Positions 1 to 10,240 are shown, counted from the stretch's first letter. The stretch: 64,000 nt of DNA from a bacterium (GCA_963662285.2 CAXXMV010000008.1:128001-192000); one strand, 5' to 3'. Numbers and translations are program-made. The notes: generated by a model not told the origin, from the sequence alone.

Positions 1-1
1 A

Positions 2-1798
2 CAGCGCGATATGGAACCGGGCGATGAAGATCAATCTACCTGGATGGAAGAAAAAGAACTTGAATCAATTAAAGATAAACAACAGGAATTGATCGATAAA
101 GCCAGTAAGATCGAAAAAGAGCTGGAAGAATACCGCGAACAAGCCGAAAAAGCGCTCGAAGAACAACCCGAAAACCAACAGGGCTTTTCGCCTGAAACGC
201 TTGAAAAAATTGAGAAGATTCAACAGTTAATGAGTCAACTGCTGGATGAAAACAGCCGCAACTTGATGGAAAAAATCGACCAGACCGTCGAGCAGTTATC
301 CCAGCAGATCACCGATGAACAACTTCAGGAATTAAACTTTTCCTTTGAGGATTTCGAACAACAACTGGAGAGGACGCTATCCACCCTGGAGGATGCTTTT
401 GAAACGCGCAAACTGGAAGGTCTTCAGCAAATGAGCCAGGAACTGGCGGAGCGTCAGGAAAAACTCCAGAGCGAAACAGAACAATTAGCCCAAGATATGG
501 AGCAACTGGAGAAGGATAAGCAATCAGCCAATGGCGAAGACATGGCAGCCAGGGAACAGGCGTTGGAATCGCAAAAGAAACTACTTGAACAACGGCAAAA
601 CCAAATTGAGGAAGATGTGAAAAGTCTGCTCAACTCTATGAAAGAGCGCGAGAAAGCACTGGAAGAATCTCATCCTGAAATAGCCCAAAAAATGGATTCC
701 ATGCAACAGGAGATGCAGGAACAGGGATTGCAAAGCGAACTGTCTAAAGCATCACAAAAAATGCAATCCAGTGAAATGCAACAGGCGCAGCAGCATCAAA
801 AAAACGCCAAAAAGCAGTTGCAATCACTCGCTCAGCAATTCGAGGAAGAAATGTTCAATATGGGCGGCATGAATATGCAAGCCGATACCCAGGCGCTGTC
901 GCGTTTAGTATTTCAAGGTCTTTTTCTATCCGAACAGATGGAGTCGCTCACTGAATCTTCACTGGGACGCAGTGAAGCATTGGGCGCCCTGCGACGCGCT
1001 CAAGTTTTCAACCGGGAATTGGCCCGAATTGATGATTCATGGCGGGAAATCGCCAAAACCAATCCCTTCATGAACCGGGAAGCTGAAGTTTCTTTAGGTA
1101 ATAGCGCAGAACGCTTGAACCATGCCATAGCCGCCGGACAAGGCGAGAAGTGGATCGGACTGCATGAGACGCGCAGCGCCATGAATGCGCTCAATCAAGC
1201 CATTTATCAGATGATGCAGGATATGCAGAACATGCAGCAGCAGATGGATCAGTCTCAGTCGCAAGGGCTTCAACAACAGATGCAGCAGATGATTTCCCAG
1301 CAGCAGAGTCTGCAGCAAATGCTAAAGCAGATGCAGCAGATGGGCGAGAATGGTCAACAGATGATGGAGAAGTTGCAGCAAATGGCCAAGGAGCAGGCCC
1401 GCATCCGTAAGGAAATCGAAAAGATGATGCAGCGCAATCGTCACGCCAAACAACTTAAAAACCAACTGGACGGCATCTATCAGGAGATGAAAGAGGTAGA
1501 AAAACTGCTCGAAGAAGGCCTTAACAATGAACAGGTCGAAGAGAAGCAAAAGAAGATCATGACCCGCATGCTGGAAGCCGGGACCATGCAGGAAGAAGAT
1601 GATTACGGCGAAGAACGTGAAGAGGAAGTCGCCGAAACCGGACTGGACGCCAAGTCTCCTGAATTAACCGAACCGGTATCACTGCCTGATAAGATTGACC
1701 GTTATATCGAACGGCCTCCGATTGAGTCAATTCCGTTTCCATACCGTGAAGCTTTGAAGAAATATTACATCCGCTTATCGGAGAAGTTGATTCCATAG
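2..1798 (+). CDS. 5'-truncated long Q/E/M-rich coiled-coil protein, DUF4175-like C-terminal part
   Basis: Frame is open from the window edge (cag cgc gat atg). Heptad-rich sequence ending in 'IPFPYREALKKYYIRL', a tail typical of DUF4175-type proteins. Confidence 0.6.
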   Translation, partial: QRDMEPGDEDQSTWMEEKELESIKDKQQELIDKASKIEKELEEYREQAEKALEEQPENQQGFSPETLEKIEKIQQLMSQLLDENSRNLMEKIDQTVEQLSQQITDEQLQELNFSFEDFEQQLERTLSTLEDAFETRKLEGLQQMSQELAERQEKLQSETEQLAQDMEQLEKDKQSANGEDMAAREQALESQKKLLEQRQNQIEEDVKSLLNSMKEREKALEESHPEIAQKMDSMQQEMQEQGLQSELSKASQKMQSSEMQQAQQHQKNAKKQLQSLAQQFEEEMFNMGGMNMQADTQALSRLVFQGLFLSEQMESLTESSLGRSEALGALRRAQVFNRELARIDDSWREIAKTNPFMNREAEVSLGNSAERLNHAIAAGQGEKWIGLHETRSAMNALNQAIYQMMQDMQNMQQQMDQSQSQGLQQQMQQMISQQQSLQQMLKQMQQMGENGQQMMEKLQQMAKEQARIRKEIEKMMQRNRHAKQLKNQLDGIYQEMKEVEKLLEEGLNNEQVEEKQKKIMTRMLEAGTMQEEDDYGEEREEEVAETGLDAKSPELTEPVSLPDKIDRYIERPPIESIPFPYREALKKYYIRLSEKLIP

Positions 1799-1902
1799 GG
1801 GATTCATTGGTCATACGATGGGACACGCCGAAAAGGTGATTTTGAGGATGTAGTCTCTTTTGCTTTGTCCAACTTTTTATCTACATGTTTGTTTAATCGT
1901 AA

Positions 1903-1942
1903 GTGGCTTTCAAGGGTAGAAAGTACACTACCCTTGCCACCC
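1903..1942 (-). repeat. REP-like palindrome, family A (downstream of RAYT)
   Basis: caagggtag-aaagtaca-ctacccttg followed by ccaccc; minus strand reads GGGTGGCAAGGGTAG...CTACCCTTG. Confidence 0.85.
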
Positions 1943-1975
1943 GACCTGCTGGGTGCCATTGATTGAATCCCCTAT

Positions 1976-2536
1976 TCATTTCCAAAATTCCCACCAACGA
2001 TCCACTCTAAAAACAGAATCGTCATTAAATTCATAGTTCCGGTAACTGGAGAATATCCAATCTTCAGGGGAAGAAACAAGATTCCTTCTAACTGGATTCA
2101 TATGACAATAATTTAGTTTATCATGGAGTTTTTCAATAGAGAAAACATTGAAATCATAAAACCTGGGCAACCATAATTTGTGAATGTTCATTCCTTTATT
2201 GCGTAATATTTTTAACAATCGTTTTGAACTATGTAACTTTAACGCATGCATAACTGAAGAAATCCCAATGTTCTTTTGAGGCGCAATCAGAAAATGCGCA
2301 TGTTCTGGCATTAAAACATATCCCAAAACTAGAAATTCTTTTTGCATTCTCGCTTTGTTAATAGCTTCTACTACAATTTCACATGACCATTGTTTCGAAA
2401 AAAACGGTTTTTTATTATGGCATGATGTTGTAATAAAGTGGATATTACCAGGTTCATCAATCCTGATGGGGTGAATGATTGAGCGAAATTTATTATCTGT
2501 CTTTGAAGAATCATAGGTTTGATTACGTTTCTCCAT
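1976..2536 (-). CDS. REP-associated tyrosine transposase (RAYT; IS200/IS605 Y1 HUH superfamily)
   Basis: HFITTSC, HUH motif in YVLMPEHAHFLI, LWLPRFYD, catalytic Tyr in NYCHMNPVR, WIFSSY; near-identical palindromes on both sides. Confidence 0.9.
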   Translation of the reverse strand: MEKRNQTYDSSKTDNKFRSIIHPIRIDEPGNIHFITTSCHNKKPFFSKQWSCEIVVEAINKARMQKEFLVLGYVLMPEHAHFLIAPQKNIGISSVMHALKLHSSKRLLKILRNKGMNIHKLWLPRFYDFNVFSIEKLHDKLNYCHMNPVRRNLVSSPEDWIFSSYRNYEFNDDSVFRVDRWWEFWK

Positions 2537-2546
2537 AGTTTTCAGT

Positions 2547-2579
2547 CAAGGGTAGAAAGGACACTACCCTTGGCACCCC
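2547..2579 (-). repeat. REP-like palindrome, family A (upstream of RAYT)
   Basis: caagggtag-aaaggaca-ctacccttg-gcacccc, 10 bp from the RAYT ATG. Confidence 0.85.
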
Positions 2580-2686
2580 TTTCTTTTTCACATTGTTATA
2601 ATAAATTTCAAACTATCATAACAGGTCATTCGGGGATAATATTTAATCACTCTGTCCATAAACTAGGCGCCCGTTTATCTATTAGA

Positions 2687-5359
2687 TTATAATTCCCCGC
2701 AATCACCAACTTCGGCGTCTTTGAGAAATACAATCTTATACCATAAAACCTTTGGATCATTCATAAGATTGATCACTAGATCGCCGTTTTGGGTATGAAC
2801 TACGTTGTCAAGTTCTTTTTCAGGTTCAGCAACATTATTCAGGGCGAATATTCTGGCGCCGGTATTGGTGTAGAATGGATTACCGGATGCAGCAATTGTA
2901 AGACGCAGCGGGATCGGTTCAACTAAAGGCGGTCCTTCTCCCCAATTGTTTCCAACTGAAGTTTTCTCTTCATCTTTCCAGATCATGCCTTGATTTTCAT
3001 GATATCCTGTAGCGGCCAGAAGCCAGACATAACCTTCATCTCTCTCTTCAATATAAGTCAGAAGAACATTAGCCCAGTTCTGTATAGTTTCTCCAACTTC
3101 AAGTTGCATTCCATGACCAAGATCAAAGGGTGAGTCCTTTACGAATCCCGTGATTCCTTTGGTCTTTGCAGCGCGGTAAAGTACATGAGAATTTGATTCG
3201 GAATCTTGATTCCATAGCAATTCCCCAGTATCAGAGGCCATATTACGCCGTGTGGTTTGATAATCAGGATTACTTGTTTCCTGCGGCGCATCGCTGATGC
3301 GAAGGGCTGTTTTGTGTTGATAAGAGGCCGCCGCATCAATCCCCATATCCATCATAGGACGAAAACCCAAATTACCGTTATTGTTAAACAGCTGGTCGTT
3401 ATATTGGCTCTTGGATATAGTGGCGGTTACGGTTTCTCGCCCAGCTGCGATATCACCACGCACGAACATGTTAAAGGCGGCGGGCATAGCCATCATTTTG
3501 GGAGTGTGACCATATATATCAAAAAAATTATTGATGGATTTTCTCTCATAGTCATTGCCATGACTGTATGAATATAAGAAGATGCCATCCCAATCCTGAA
3601 AGGCGGCGTAAGCGGCCAACAGGGGAATTGCTTCCGAAGAATAGGTCATAGGCGCCGGGTGATTGTATTCAGTGCATGTGTAGGGCTGTCCCGCGACGCG
3701 CGACATCATCAAACGCTCAAGGGTATTGTTTTCCGCACTGACCATTGAAACGTTGTTGACATACCAATCTATGGAATCCCAGGATTTATTGGGAAAACGG
3801 GGATGCTGCCAGTAGCCGTGAATATCGATAAAATCGTTTTCCAATTGCGATGCAACAGAACCGAAATTCAACTGAGTACCAGCGATCATCGATTTCAGTT
3901 TAAGATCATTTTTTAGATACTGATTCATATCACGGTAATATTCAGATTCACGCTGCACCAGGAAATCAATCCAGTCTCGTTTCTTGGCAATAGAGTTTTC
4001 CCCGAAAGATTTCCTGGATACCCATGCAATGTTTTTTGACTGAATATCCTGACCTTGCGGTAGTCCATCAGGACTGCTGGAGATCATACTTAGATCAGAT
4101 ACCCATAAAGTCCCTAATTTGTTGCCTAAGCCGCTTATACTCAACCGGGCGTTACTATCATCCTGCGACGGCGTAAATGCAAACTCATAGGTCTTCCATT
4201 GATCGGTAATTTCTACAGTTGCAGTGGAATCAAGGTTTTCCCAGGGATCATGGTTCATTTTTATTCCAACGCTGACGGTTCTCGCTGGTTCAGCCCGCAG
4301 ACGCATGGATACTTTATAGAATCCGCCATTTTGCAATGCCAGATTCTGATAATACATTTGTACATGCCAACTCTCCCGCCCTACTGCGGTGACATCCACT
4401 CTAATAGCATCCTGCCCCTCTGGACCTTCAGGAACAATCTTCCAGGTTCCCTTGCCTTGCTCTATCTGTTGAAATGTCCAGCCGTTAAGGCTGCGGGATA
4501 ATAATTCCTGACCGCCGCCCGGATTATCCGGCGCCCAGGCCTGGCGTAAACTTTCAGTGTCTTGGTATTTAGTCTTGAGATAATCATTCCAGTCATTTTG
4601 CAGCGGCTCAATATACTTGCCGGGCATTTTATCCAGATCAGAATTACTCCAGGCCCGTACCAATCCACTTTCGTTATTGATTTCAACTATAGCAACCGCT
4701 GGTTCGTCGACGTATTTATTTCCCGTGTATGGATTTAGGTGCGTCAGCAGGTCTCTGGCGTAATTCTTCTGTAATTCAATCATACGGGGGAAATAATGAT
4801 CGGGGCCTTTATCATAAGTAGGCAGTTTATCAACATCAGTAAAACCGTCTCCCTCAACCACTTCACGGCCAATTTTTAAGTTGATGTCGGCGTAGATGCC
4901 ATATTTCTTGAGCATATAAATAAAATAATCCATGCGGTCAAGGTTATCTGGATCGAGAGTTTGTTTATCCGGCGCGCCAGATTTCCAGATGCCCCGTGGA
5001 GCGCGGGATGTATCGGTATGATGGAAGCGGACGCAGTTGATGCCGTATTTAGCCATGCGTCCCGCCACGTATTCGGCCTGTTTGTGAGTGGGATAATTGC
5101 CGGAAAACGACGTGTTTACCCCTAAAAGACGAAGCCTTTTCCCTGCTCCATCGAAAAAATGTCCATCCAAAATATGCATAAAACCATCTTTGCCGGCGGG
5201 GATATCTCTGCCGTCCAAGTTCAATATACCGGGATCAGCAGTATTATTATCATTCCAGGGAAGAGAAAAAGGTATTAATTCTTTTGAGAAAACAGCATTA
5301 ATACCAATAAATAAAATAGTTATAATGTAAAACACTGTGTATTTTTTATAGAAAAACAT
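2687..5359 (-). CDS. Secreted clan GH-A (GH5-like) glycoside hydrolase with inserted CBM4/9-like domain
   Basis: Signal peptide; GINCVRFHH; acid/base EINNE; nucleophile-like TEYNH; internal jelly-roll (SWHVQMYYQNLALQNGGFYKVSMRLRA...WKTYEFAFT). Confidence 0.7.
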   Translation of the reverse strand: MFFYKKYTVFYIITILFIGINAVFSKELIPFSLPWNDNNTADPGILNLDGRDIPAGKDGFMHILDGHFFDGAGKRLRLLGVNTSFSGNYPTHKQAEYVAGRMAKYGINCVRFHHTDTSRAPRGIWKSGAPDKQTLDPDNLDRMDYFIYMLKKYGIYADINLKIGREVVEGDGFTDVDKLPTYDKGPDHYFPRMIELQKNYARDLLTHLNPYTGNKYVDEPAVAIVEINNESGLVRAWSNSDLDKMPGKYIEPLQNDWNDYLKTKYQDTESLRQAWAPDNPGGGQELLSRSLNGWTFQQIEQGKGTWKIVPEGPEGQDAIRVDVTAVGRESWHVQMYYQNLALQNGGFYKVSMRLRAEPARTVSVGIKMNHDPWENLDSTATVEITDQWKTYEFAFTPSQDDSNARLSISGLGNKLGTLWVSDLSMISSSPDGLPQGQDIQSKNIAWVSRKSFGENSIAKKRDWIDFLVQRESEYYRDMNQYLKNDLKLKSMIAGTQLNFGSVASQLENDFIDIHGYWQHPRFPNKSWDSIDWYVNNVSMVSAENNTLERLMMSRVAGQPYTCTEYNHPAPMTYSSEAIPLLAAYAAFQDWDGIFLYSYSHGNDYERKSINNFFDIYGHTPKMMAMPAAFNMFVRGDIAAGRETVTATISKSQYNDQLFNNNGNLGFRPMMDMGIDAAASYQHKTALRISDAPQETSNPDYQTTRRNMASDTGELLWNQDSESNSHVLYRAAKTKGITGFVKDSPFDLGHGMQLEVGETIQNWANVLLTYIEERDEGYVWLLAATGYHENQGMIWKDEEKTSVGNNWGEGPPLVEPIPLRLTIAASGNPFYTNTGARIFALNNVAEPEKELDNVVHTQNGDLVINLMNDPKVLWYKIVFLKDAEVGDCGEL

Positions 5360-5509
5360 GTAATATTCTCCTTAATGATTTATTTAGATTGGTTATTGGC
5401 AATTTTTCACTTATTTATATTTCATTTTAGTCTACTAGTATTGCCAAGCTAAAGGACACTCGCTAGTTTAACATCGGAATAAACTCACTGTTTCACAGGA
5501 GCAAACAAG

Positions 5510-5911
5510 ATGGTTCGAATGACTCGTAAACCGAAACAACCTGTATGCGTTTCAGAAGATTCATTTAGCAAGACAAAACAAGTATTCGAATTTCAATACC
5601 AGTATACGCCCGGAGTTCATTCCTCGTGGGATCCAAATACTGATATTTTCGAGACGGAAGATCATTACGTCATTCAGATTGAGGCGGCGGGATTAAACGA
5701 AGAATCGCTTAGTTTACACGCCGTAGAGAATCGTTTAGTGGTTAGCAGTGAACGCCGCAAAATGGTTGAAGAGCAAGTGATCCGATATCATCAATTAGAA
5801 ATCCAGTTCATGCCTTTTCAAAAAACAATCATTTTACCGGATAATATTGATGTTAAAAATGTAAATGCAAACTATCGCGAAGGCATGTTAATTATACACG
5901 TTGTCAAGTAG
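5510..5911 (+). CDS. Small heat-shock protein (Hsp20/alpha-crystallin)
   Basis: PNTDIFETEDHYVIQIEAAG, FQKTIILPDNID, ANYREGMLIIHV; RBS caggag. Confidence 0.85.
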   Translation: MVRMTRKPKQPVCVSEDSFSKTKQVFEFQYQYTPGVHSSWDPNTDIFETEDHYVIQIEAAGLNEESLSLHAVENRLVVSSERRKMVEEQVIRYHQLEIQFMPFQKTIILPDNIDVKNVNANYREGMLIIHVVK

Positions 5912-5931
5912 ATATAAAAAGGTAAATACAA

Positions 5932-8346
5932 ATGTCAGATAATATTGAAGAAAAAAGCGATGAGATTTCAATCCCGGAATGGCTTCCCATTGTTCCGCTT
6001 AATAACGCAGTTTTGTTTCCCGGAGCAACTGCGCCAATCGCAATAACCAATGCTGACGCAGTGCGTTCTGTTGAAAGCGCGGCCAAAGGTTCGCGCTTAT
6101 TCGCCGCCATCAGTATAAAAAAAGATCCGACTCCGGCGCAAAGAAAAAAATATAAGCATCTATACAGTATAGGCACGGTGGCCTTGATTCTGAGAATGAT
6201 GCATGGCGCCGAAGATGTGACTCAACTAGTGGTGCGCGGATTGCATAAAATACGCATTCTGGGCATCAAACAAAAGGATGGCATTTACCTGGCGCGGGTT
6301 GAAAACATTGAGGAAAAACCCAAGGAAAGCGCTACTATAGAAGCATTGACCAGGCAGGTTGCTGAACAGGCGGAAATGCTGATACAAAAAGCGCCCATGA
6401 TTCCCGATGATATTCAGGGATTGCCGTCCTCAATGCAAAATCCCCATCGCTTAAGTTACATGGTTCTAAGCCTTACCCGCTCGGATATGCACCGCTTGCA
6501 GGAAATTTATGAAGTACCTTCGCTCGAAAAGAAACTTAGATTAACCTTGAAAGAGATTGCTCACGAACAGGAAATTATCGATTTAGGCGGTAAAATCCAG
6601 GATCAGATTCAAACTAAATTATCCAAATCTGAACGGGAATACTACCTACGCGAACAGCTACAAGCCATACGAAAAGAACTGGGGGAAACCGACGACGAAA
6701 ACGCCGAAATCGATGAGATCCGGAAATTACTGGAAAATAAAGTCCTGCCCGGTAAAGTGCAGGAAAAAGCCGAATCCGAGTTAAAACGTCTATCCCGCAT
6801 GTCGATTAACTCACCGGAATTTCCCATGACGCGCAATTTCATGGATTGGCTGCTGGAGTTTCCATGGCTGGAAGAGACTGAAGATATCATCAACATTGCT
6901 ACAGCTGAAAGAATTTTGAACAAAGATCATTATAACCTTAAGAAAATTAAAGACCGCATCATCGAATTTCTGGCGGTGCGTCAGCTCAATCCCCATTTGA
7001 AAGGTCCGATCCTATGCTTTGTTGGTCCTCCGGGAGTGGGAAAAACCTCATTGGGACAATCTATCGCCCGTTCTTTAGGACGAAAATTCGTGCGGCTGTC
7101 TCTAGGCGGTATGCATGATGAAGCGGAAATCCGGGGACACCGCAGAACTTATATCGGCGCCTTGCCTGGCGCCATCGTCCAACAGATACGCCGGGCGGAA
7201 TCTATTAATCCAGTTTTTATGTTAGATGAGATTGATAAGATCGGACAGGATTTCAGAGGCGATCCATCATCGGCTTTGCTGGAAGTGCTTGATCCGGAAC
7301 AGAACCATTCATTCCGTGATAATTATATGGAACTGGATATTGACCTTTCAAAAGTTTTATTTATAGCTACGGCCAACACGCCGGATAGAATTCAACCGCC
7401 GCTGCTCGACCGTATGGAGATCATACGGCTGGCTGGATATACCACCCAGGAAAAAGAACAAATCGCCAAGCGGTATCTCGTTCCCCGCTCTGTTAAGAAT
7501 AATGGATTATTGAAAACCGACTTCGATTTCGGGGTTGGCGCCTTGGAATTTCTGATTCGTGGATATACCCGCGAAGCTGGAGTGCGAAATCTCGAACGCG
7601 AGATTCAGGCGGTATGCAGAAAAATTGCTGTTCGCAAAACCAAAAACACCTGGAGAAAAGGCAAGGTTACTCCCGCCAAGATCCGGGAATTCCTTGGCGG
7701 CGAACGTTTCCAGGACGAAATAAGGCGACGCACCGCCACTCCCGGCGTTGCCACTGGATTGGCTTGGACCTCAGTGGGCGGTGAAATTCTCTTCATTGAA
7801 GCCCTGCCTATTCCCGGAGGTAAAGGGATTCAACTAACCGGCCAACTGGGTGATGTAATGAAAGAATCAGCTCACGCTGCTCTCTCTGTTATAAAATCAC
7901 GCGCCAATATCTTGGGCATAAAAGAAGATTTCTTCAAAGACAATGAAATTCATCTTCATGTACCAGCTGGCGCCGTGCCCAAAGACGGTCCATCAGCTGG
8001 CGTAACTATAGCCACGGCAATTGCTTCATCCGCCTTAGGAGCGCCGGTGCGAAATGACGTCGCCATGACCGGAGAGATTACTCTAACCGGACAAGTATTA
8101 CCCGTCGGAGGCATAAAAGAGAAAATTATTGCGGCGCATCGCTCTGGAATTAAAATTATAGTGCTTCCCGCCAGATGCAAGAATGATCTGGAAGAGGTTG
8201 ATAAATCAATCCGAAAAGACATGATATTCCATTTCGCCAATACGATTGATGATGTTTTGAAAATTACTTTGAAGAATGATTCAATTCAATCCAAGGCCAA
8301 AAGGAAAACAACTACAAGAAAGAAAATTACCACAAGCAAAAGTTAA
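5932..8346 (+). CDS. lon: Lon ATP-dependent protease
   Basis: Walker A GPPGVGKTS, HRRTYIGALPG, catalytic PKDGPSAG, VGGIKEK. Confidence 0.97.
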   Translation: MSDNIEEKSDEISIPEWLPIVPLNNAVLFPGATAPIAITNADAVRSVESAAKGSRLFAAISIKKDPTPAQRKKYKHLYSIGTVALILRMMHGAEDVTQLVVRGLHKIRILGIKQKDGIYLARVENIEEKPKESATIEALTRQVAEQAEMLIQKAPMIPDDIQGLPSSMQNPHRLSYMVLSLTRSDMHRLQEIYEVPSLEKKLRLTLKEIAHEQEIIDLGGKIQDQIQTKLSKSEREYYLREQLQAIRKELGETDDENAEIDEIRKLLENKVLPGKVQEKAESELKRLSRMSINSPEFPMTRNFMDWLLEFPWLEETEDIINIATAERILNKDHYNLKKIKDRIIEFLAVRQLNPHLKGPILCFVGPPGVGKTSLGQSIARSLGRKFVRLSLGGMHDEAEIRGHRRTYIGALPGAIVQQIRRAESINPVFMLDEIDKIGQDFRGDPSSALLEVLDPEQNHSFRDNYMELDIDLSKVLFIATANTPDRIQPPLLDRMEIIRLAGYTTQEKEQIAKRYLVPRSVKNNGLLKTDFDFGVGALEFLIRGYTREAGVRNLEREIQAVCRKIAVRKTKNTWRKGKVTPAKIREFLGGERFQDEIRRRTATPGVATGLAWTSVGGEILFIEALPIPGGKGIQLTGQLGDVMKESAHAALSVIKSRANILGIKEDFFKDNEIHLHVPAGAVPKDGPSAGVTIATAIASSALGAPVRNDVAMTGEITLTGQVLPVGGIKEKIIAAHRSGIKIIVLPARCKNDLEEVDKSIRKDMIFHFANTIDDVLKITLKNDSIQSKAKRKTTTRKKITTSKS

Positions 8347-8372
8347 ACTGCGTCTGTTACATGCTTCAAAAC

Positions 8373-8419
8373 GAGCGCCAAGGGCAGTGTCCCCCAAAAA
8401 AACACTACCCTTGGCGCCC
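8373..8419. repeat. Head-to-head fused family A REP half-units
   Basis: gcgccaagggcagtgt-cccccaaaaaa-acactacccttggcgc. Confidence 0.75.
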
Positions 8420-8570
8420 AATTGCGGATTCGGGTATAGGCGAAATTCAAAAAATCACCATTCCAACACCTCAAAATCACTGGCGCCTACTATAATGCTT
8501 ACAATAACACCGTTACCTAAGAAATACGAATACGTATAAACACAAGTAAATATTACTGGAGGTTTTTTTC

Positions 8571-10109
8571 ATGATTAAAAGAATAACCACAACAAACAAA
8601 ACAATTGCGCTTCTAGTGTTTTCCATGTTGATGCTATCTTCAGCATTTGCTATGGCCGCCGAAAATCCAGCGGAGTTGCTATCCCAGTCTTTCCGTGAGG
8701 CGATTCATAAAGTTAAACCGGCTGTAGTCAGCATCAGTTCAGAGAAAGACGCCAAGCCATCCCAATTACCACAGGATGATTCGCGCATGGATGAAATGCA
8801 GGAATTATTCAAAAGATTTTTTGGTGAAGGCAACTTACCGAATCCTCGTAACTTCGATCCACGCATGAATCCCCGGCGTGATTGGCAAGGTTCAGGCGTT
8901 ATCATCTCACCTGAAGGCGACGTCTTAACTAATAACCATGTAGTTGATGGCGCCGATTCAATCACGGTAACCCTTGATGATGGCCGCACGATTGACGCCG
9001 ATATGAGCAGCGTATTATCCGATCCAGGATCAGACCTCGCCGTATTTAAGCTAAAAGATAAAGACGAGTATCCTTACGCTGAATTAGGCGATTCTGATGC
9101 ACTGCTGGTTGGCGACTGGGTATTGGCTATTGGCAGCCCGTTCGGTCTTGATCAAACTGTAACCCAAGGCATCGTAAGCGCTAAAGGGCGCACCAGTTCC
9201 GATGTTCACATCGGCGGCGACGCCTTCTTTGTGAAGAATTACATTCAAACCACTGCTGCTATCAATCCTGGAAATAGCGGTGGACCGCTTATCAACCTTG
9301 AAGGCGAGATTATCGGCCTGAATAATGCCATCCAGACCGCAGGCGTTCCCGGCAACCTGGGCATCGGTTTCGCTATTCCGTCAAATCTGATAAACAGCGT
9401 AATTAAGAGTTTAAACGAATTTGGCGAAGTTAAACGCGGATATGTCGGCGTTAAACTTGATTCTTTAGAAAATAATAATCTAAACAAATGGTATAAGCAG
9501 GAATATGGCATCGACAAAGGCGCTTTAGTAAGTGAAGTTCTACCTGATTCTCCAGCCGAAAAAGCTGATCTAAAAGAAGGCGATTTGATTATTGAATTAA
9601 ATGGTAAAACTGTTATAAATCCCGGTCAAATGATTAATATGGTTACTGCATTTCCCCCAGGCGAAGAGATTGAATTAACTATCATGCGCAAAGGAAAGCA
9701 GATCAATAAAACAATAGTTTTATCACAACGACCGACCGAAATTGCTCTATCAGTTTCCCAGAAGTACCTTGGCATTGCAGTTGAAACCTTAACACCTGAG
9801 TTAGCCAAAAAACTGGGATACGAAGAAGGTTTTGAAGGCGTTCTGGTTACTAATGTAGATCAAGGAAGCAGCGCTTTTAACGTAAATATCCGGCGGTATG
9901 ACGTAATAACCGAAGTTAAAAATGGCGAAAAAGTAACCACTGCTGCTGAATTCGAAAAACTCCTCACCGAATTCGTTGAAAAAATGCGGGAAAACGGTGA
10001 TAGTGACCGGGTCTACTTAGTCCATATCAATCGGGCTGATCCTTCATATCCTAATCGTTGGGTGGCGCCTAAGATTACATTGAAGAAGGAAACCGACAAA
10101 CCTGAATAA
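8571..10109 (+). CDS. htrA: HtrA/DegP (Do family) periplasmic serine protease with two PDZ domains
   Basis: Signal peptide, GSGVII, TNNHVV, DLAV, INPGNSGGPL; RBS ggagg. Confidence 0.93.
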   Translation: MIKRITTTNKTIALLVFSMLMLSSAFAMAAENPAELLSQSFREAIHKVKPAVVSISSEKDAKPSQLPQDDSRMDEMQELFKRFFGEGNLPNPRNFDPRMNPRRDWQGSGVIISPEGDVLTNNHVVDGADSITVTLDDGRTIDADMSSVLSDPGSDLAVFKLKDKDEYPYAELGDSDALLVGDWVLAIGSPFGLDQTVTQGIVSAKGRTSSDVHIGGDAFFVKNYIQTTAAINPGNSGGPLINLEGEIIGLNNAIQTAGVPGNLGIGFAIPSNLINSVIKSLNEFGEVKRGYVGVKLDSLENNNLNKWYKQEYGIDKGALVSEVLPDSPAEKADLKEGDLIIELNGKTVINPGQMINMVTAFPPGEEIELTIMRKGKQINKTIVLSQRPTEIALSVSQKYLGIAVETLTPELAKKLGYEEGFEGVLVTNVDQGSSAFNVNIRRYDVITEVKNGEKVTTAAEFEKLLTEFVEKMRENGDSDRVYLVHINRADPSYPNRWVAPKITLKKETDKPE

Positions 10110-10149
10110 TCATTGAAGATATGTTCTTTAATATTTTCAAAAGTCTCAA

Positions 10150-10183
10150 AAGGCCTTCCAATTCAATGGAAGGCCTTCTATTT
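10150..10183 (+). terminator. Probable intrinsic terminator
   Basis: aaggccttcca-attcaa-tggaaggcctt stem followed by ctattt. Confidence 0.6.
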
Positions 10184-10240
10184 ACACAAGATATGTTACA
10201 TGAATTTACAGAAAGAATGAGTATATACTACTCCTGCTTG

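Noticed and set aside
5396-5447. Inverted repeat ttggcaat...attgccaa between the GH gene and hsp20
   Set aside because: 8-bp arms with a 36-bp spacer and no second instance; could be chance.
8481-8499. Sigma54 promoter before the first htrA (tggcgcctactataatgc)
   Set aside because: GG-to-GC spacing is 13 nt rather than 10.
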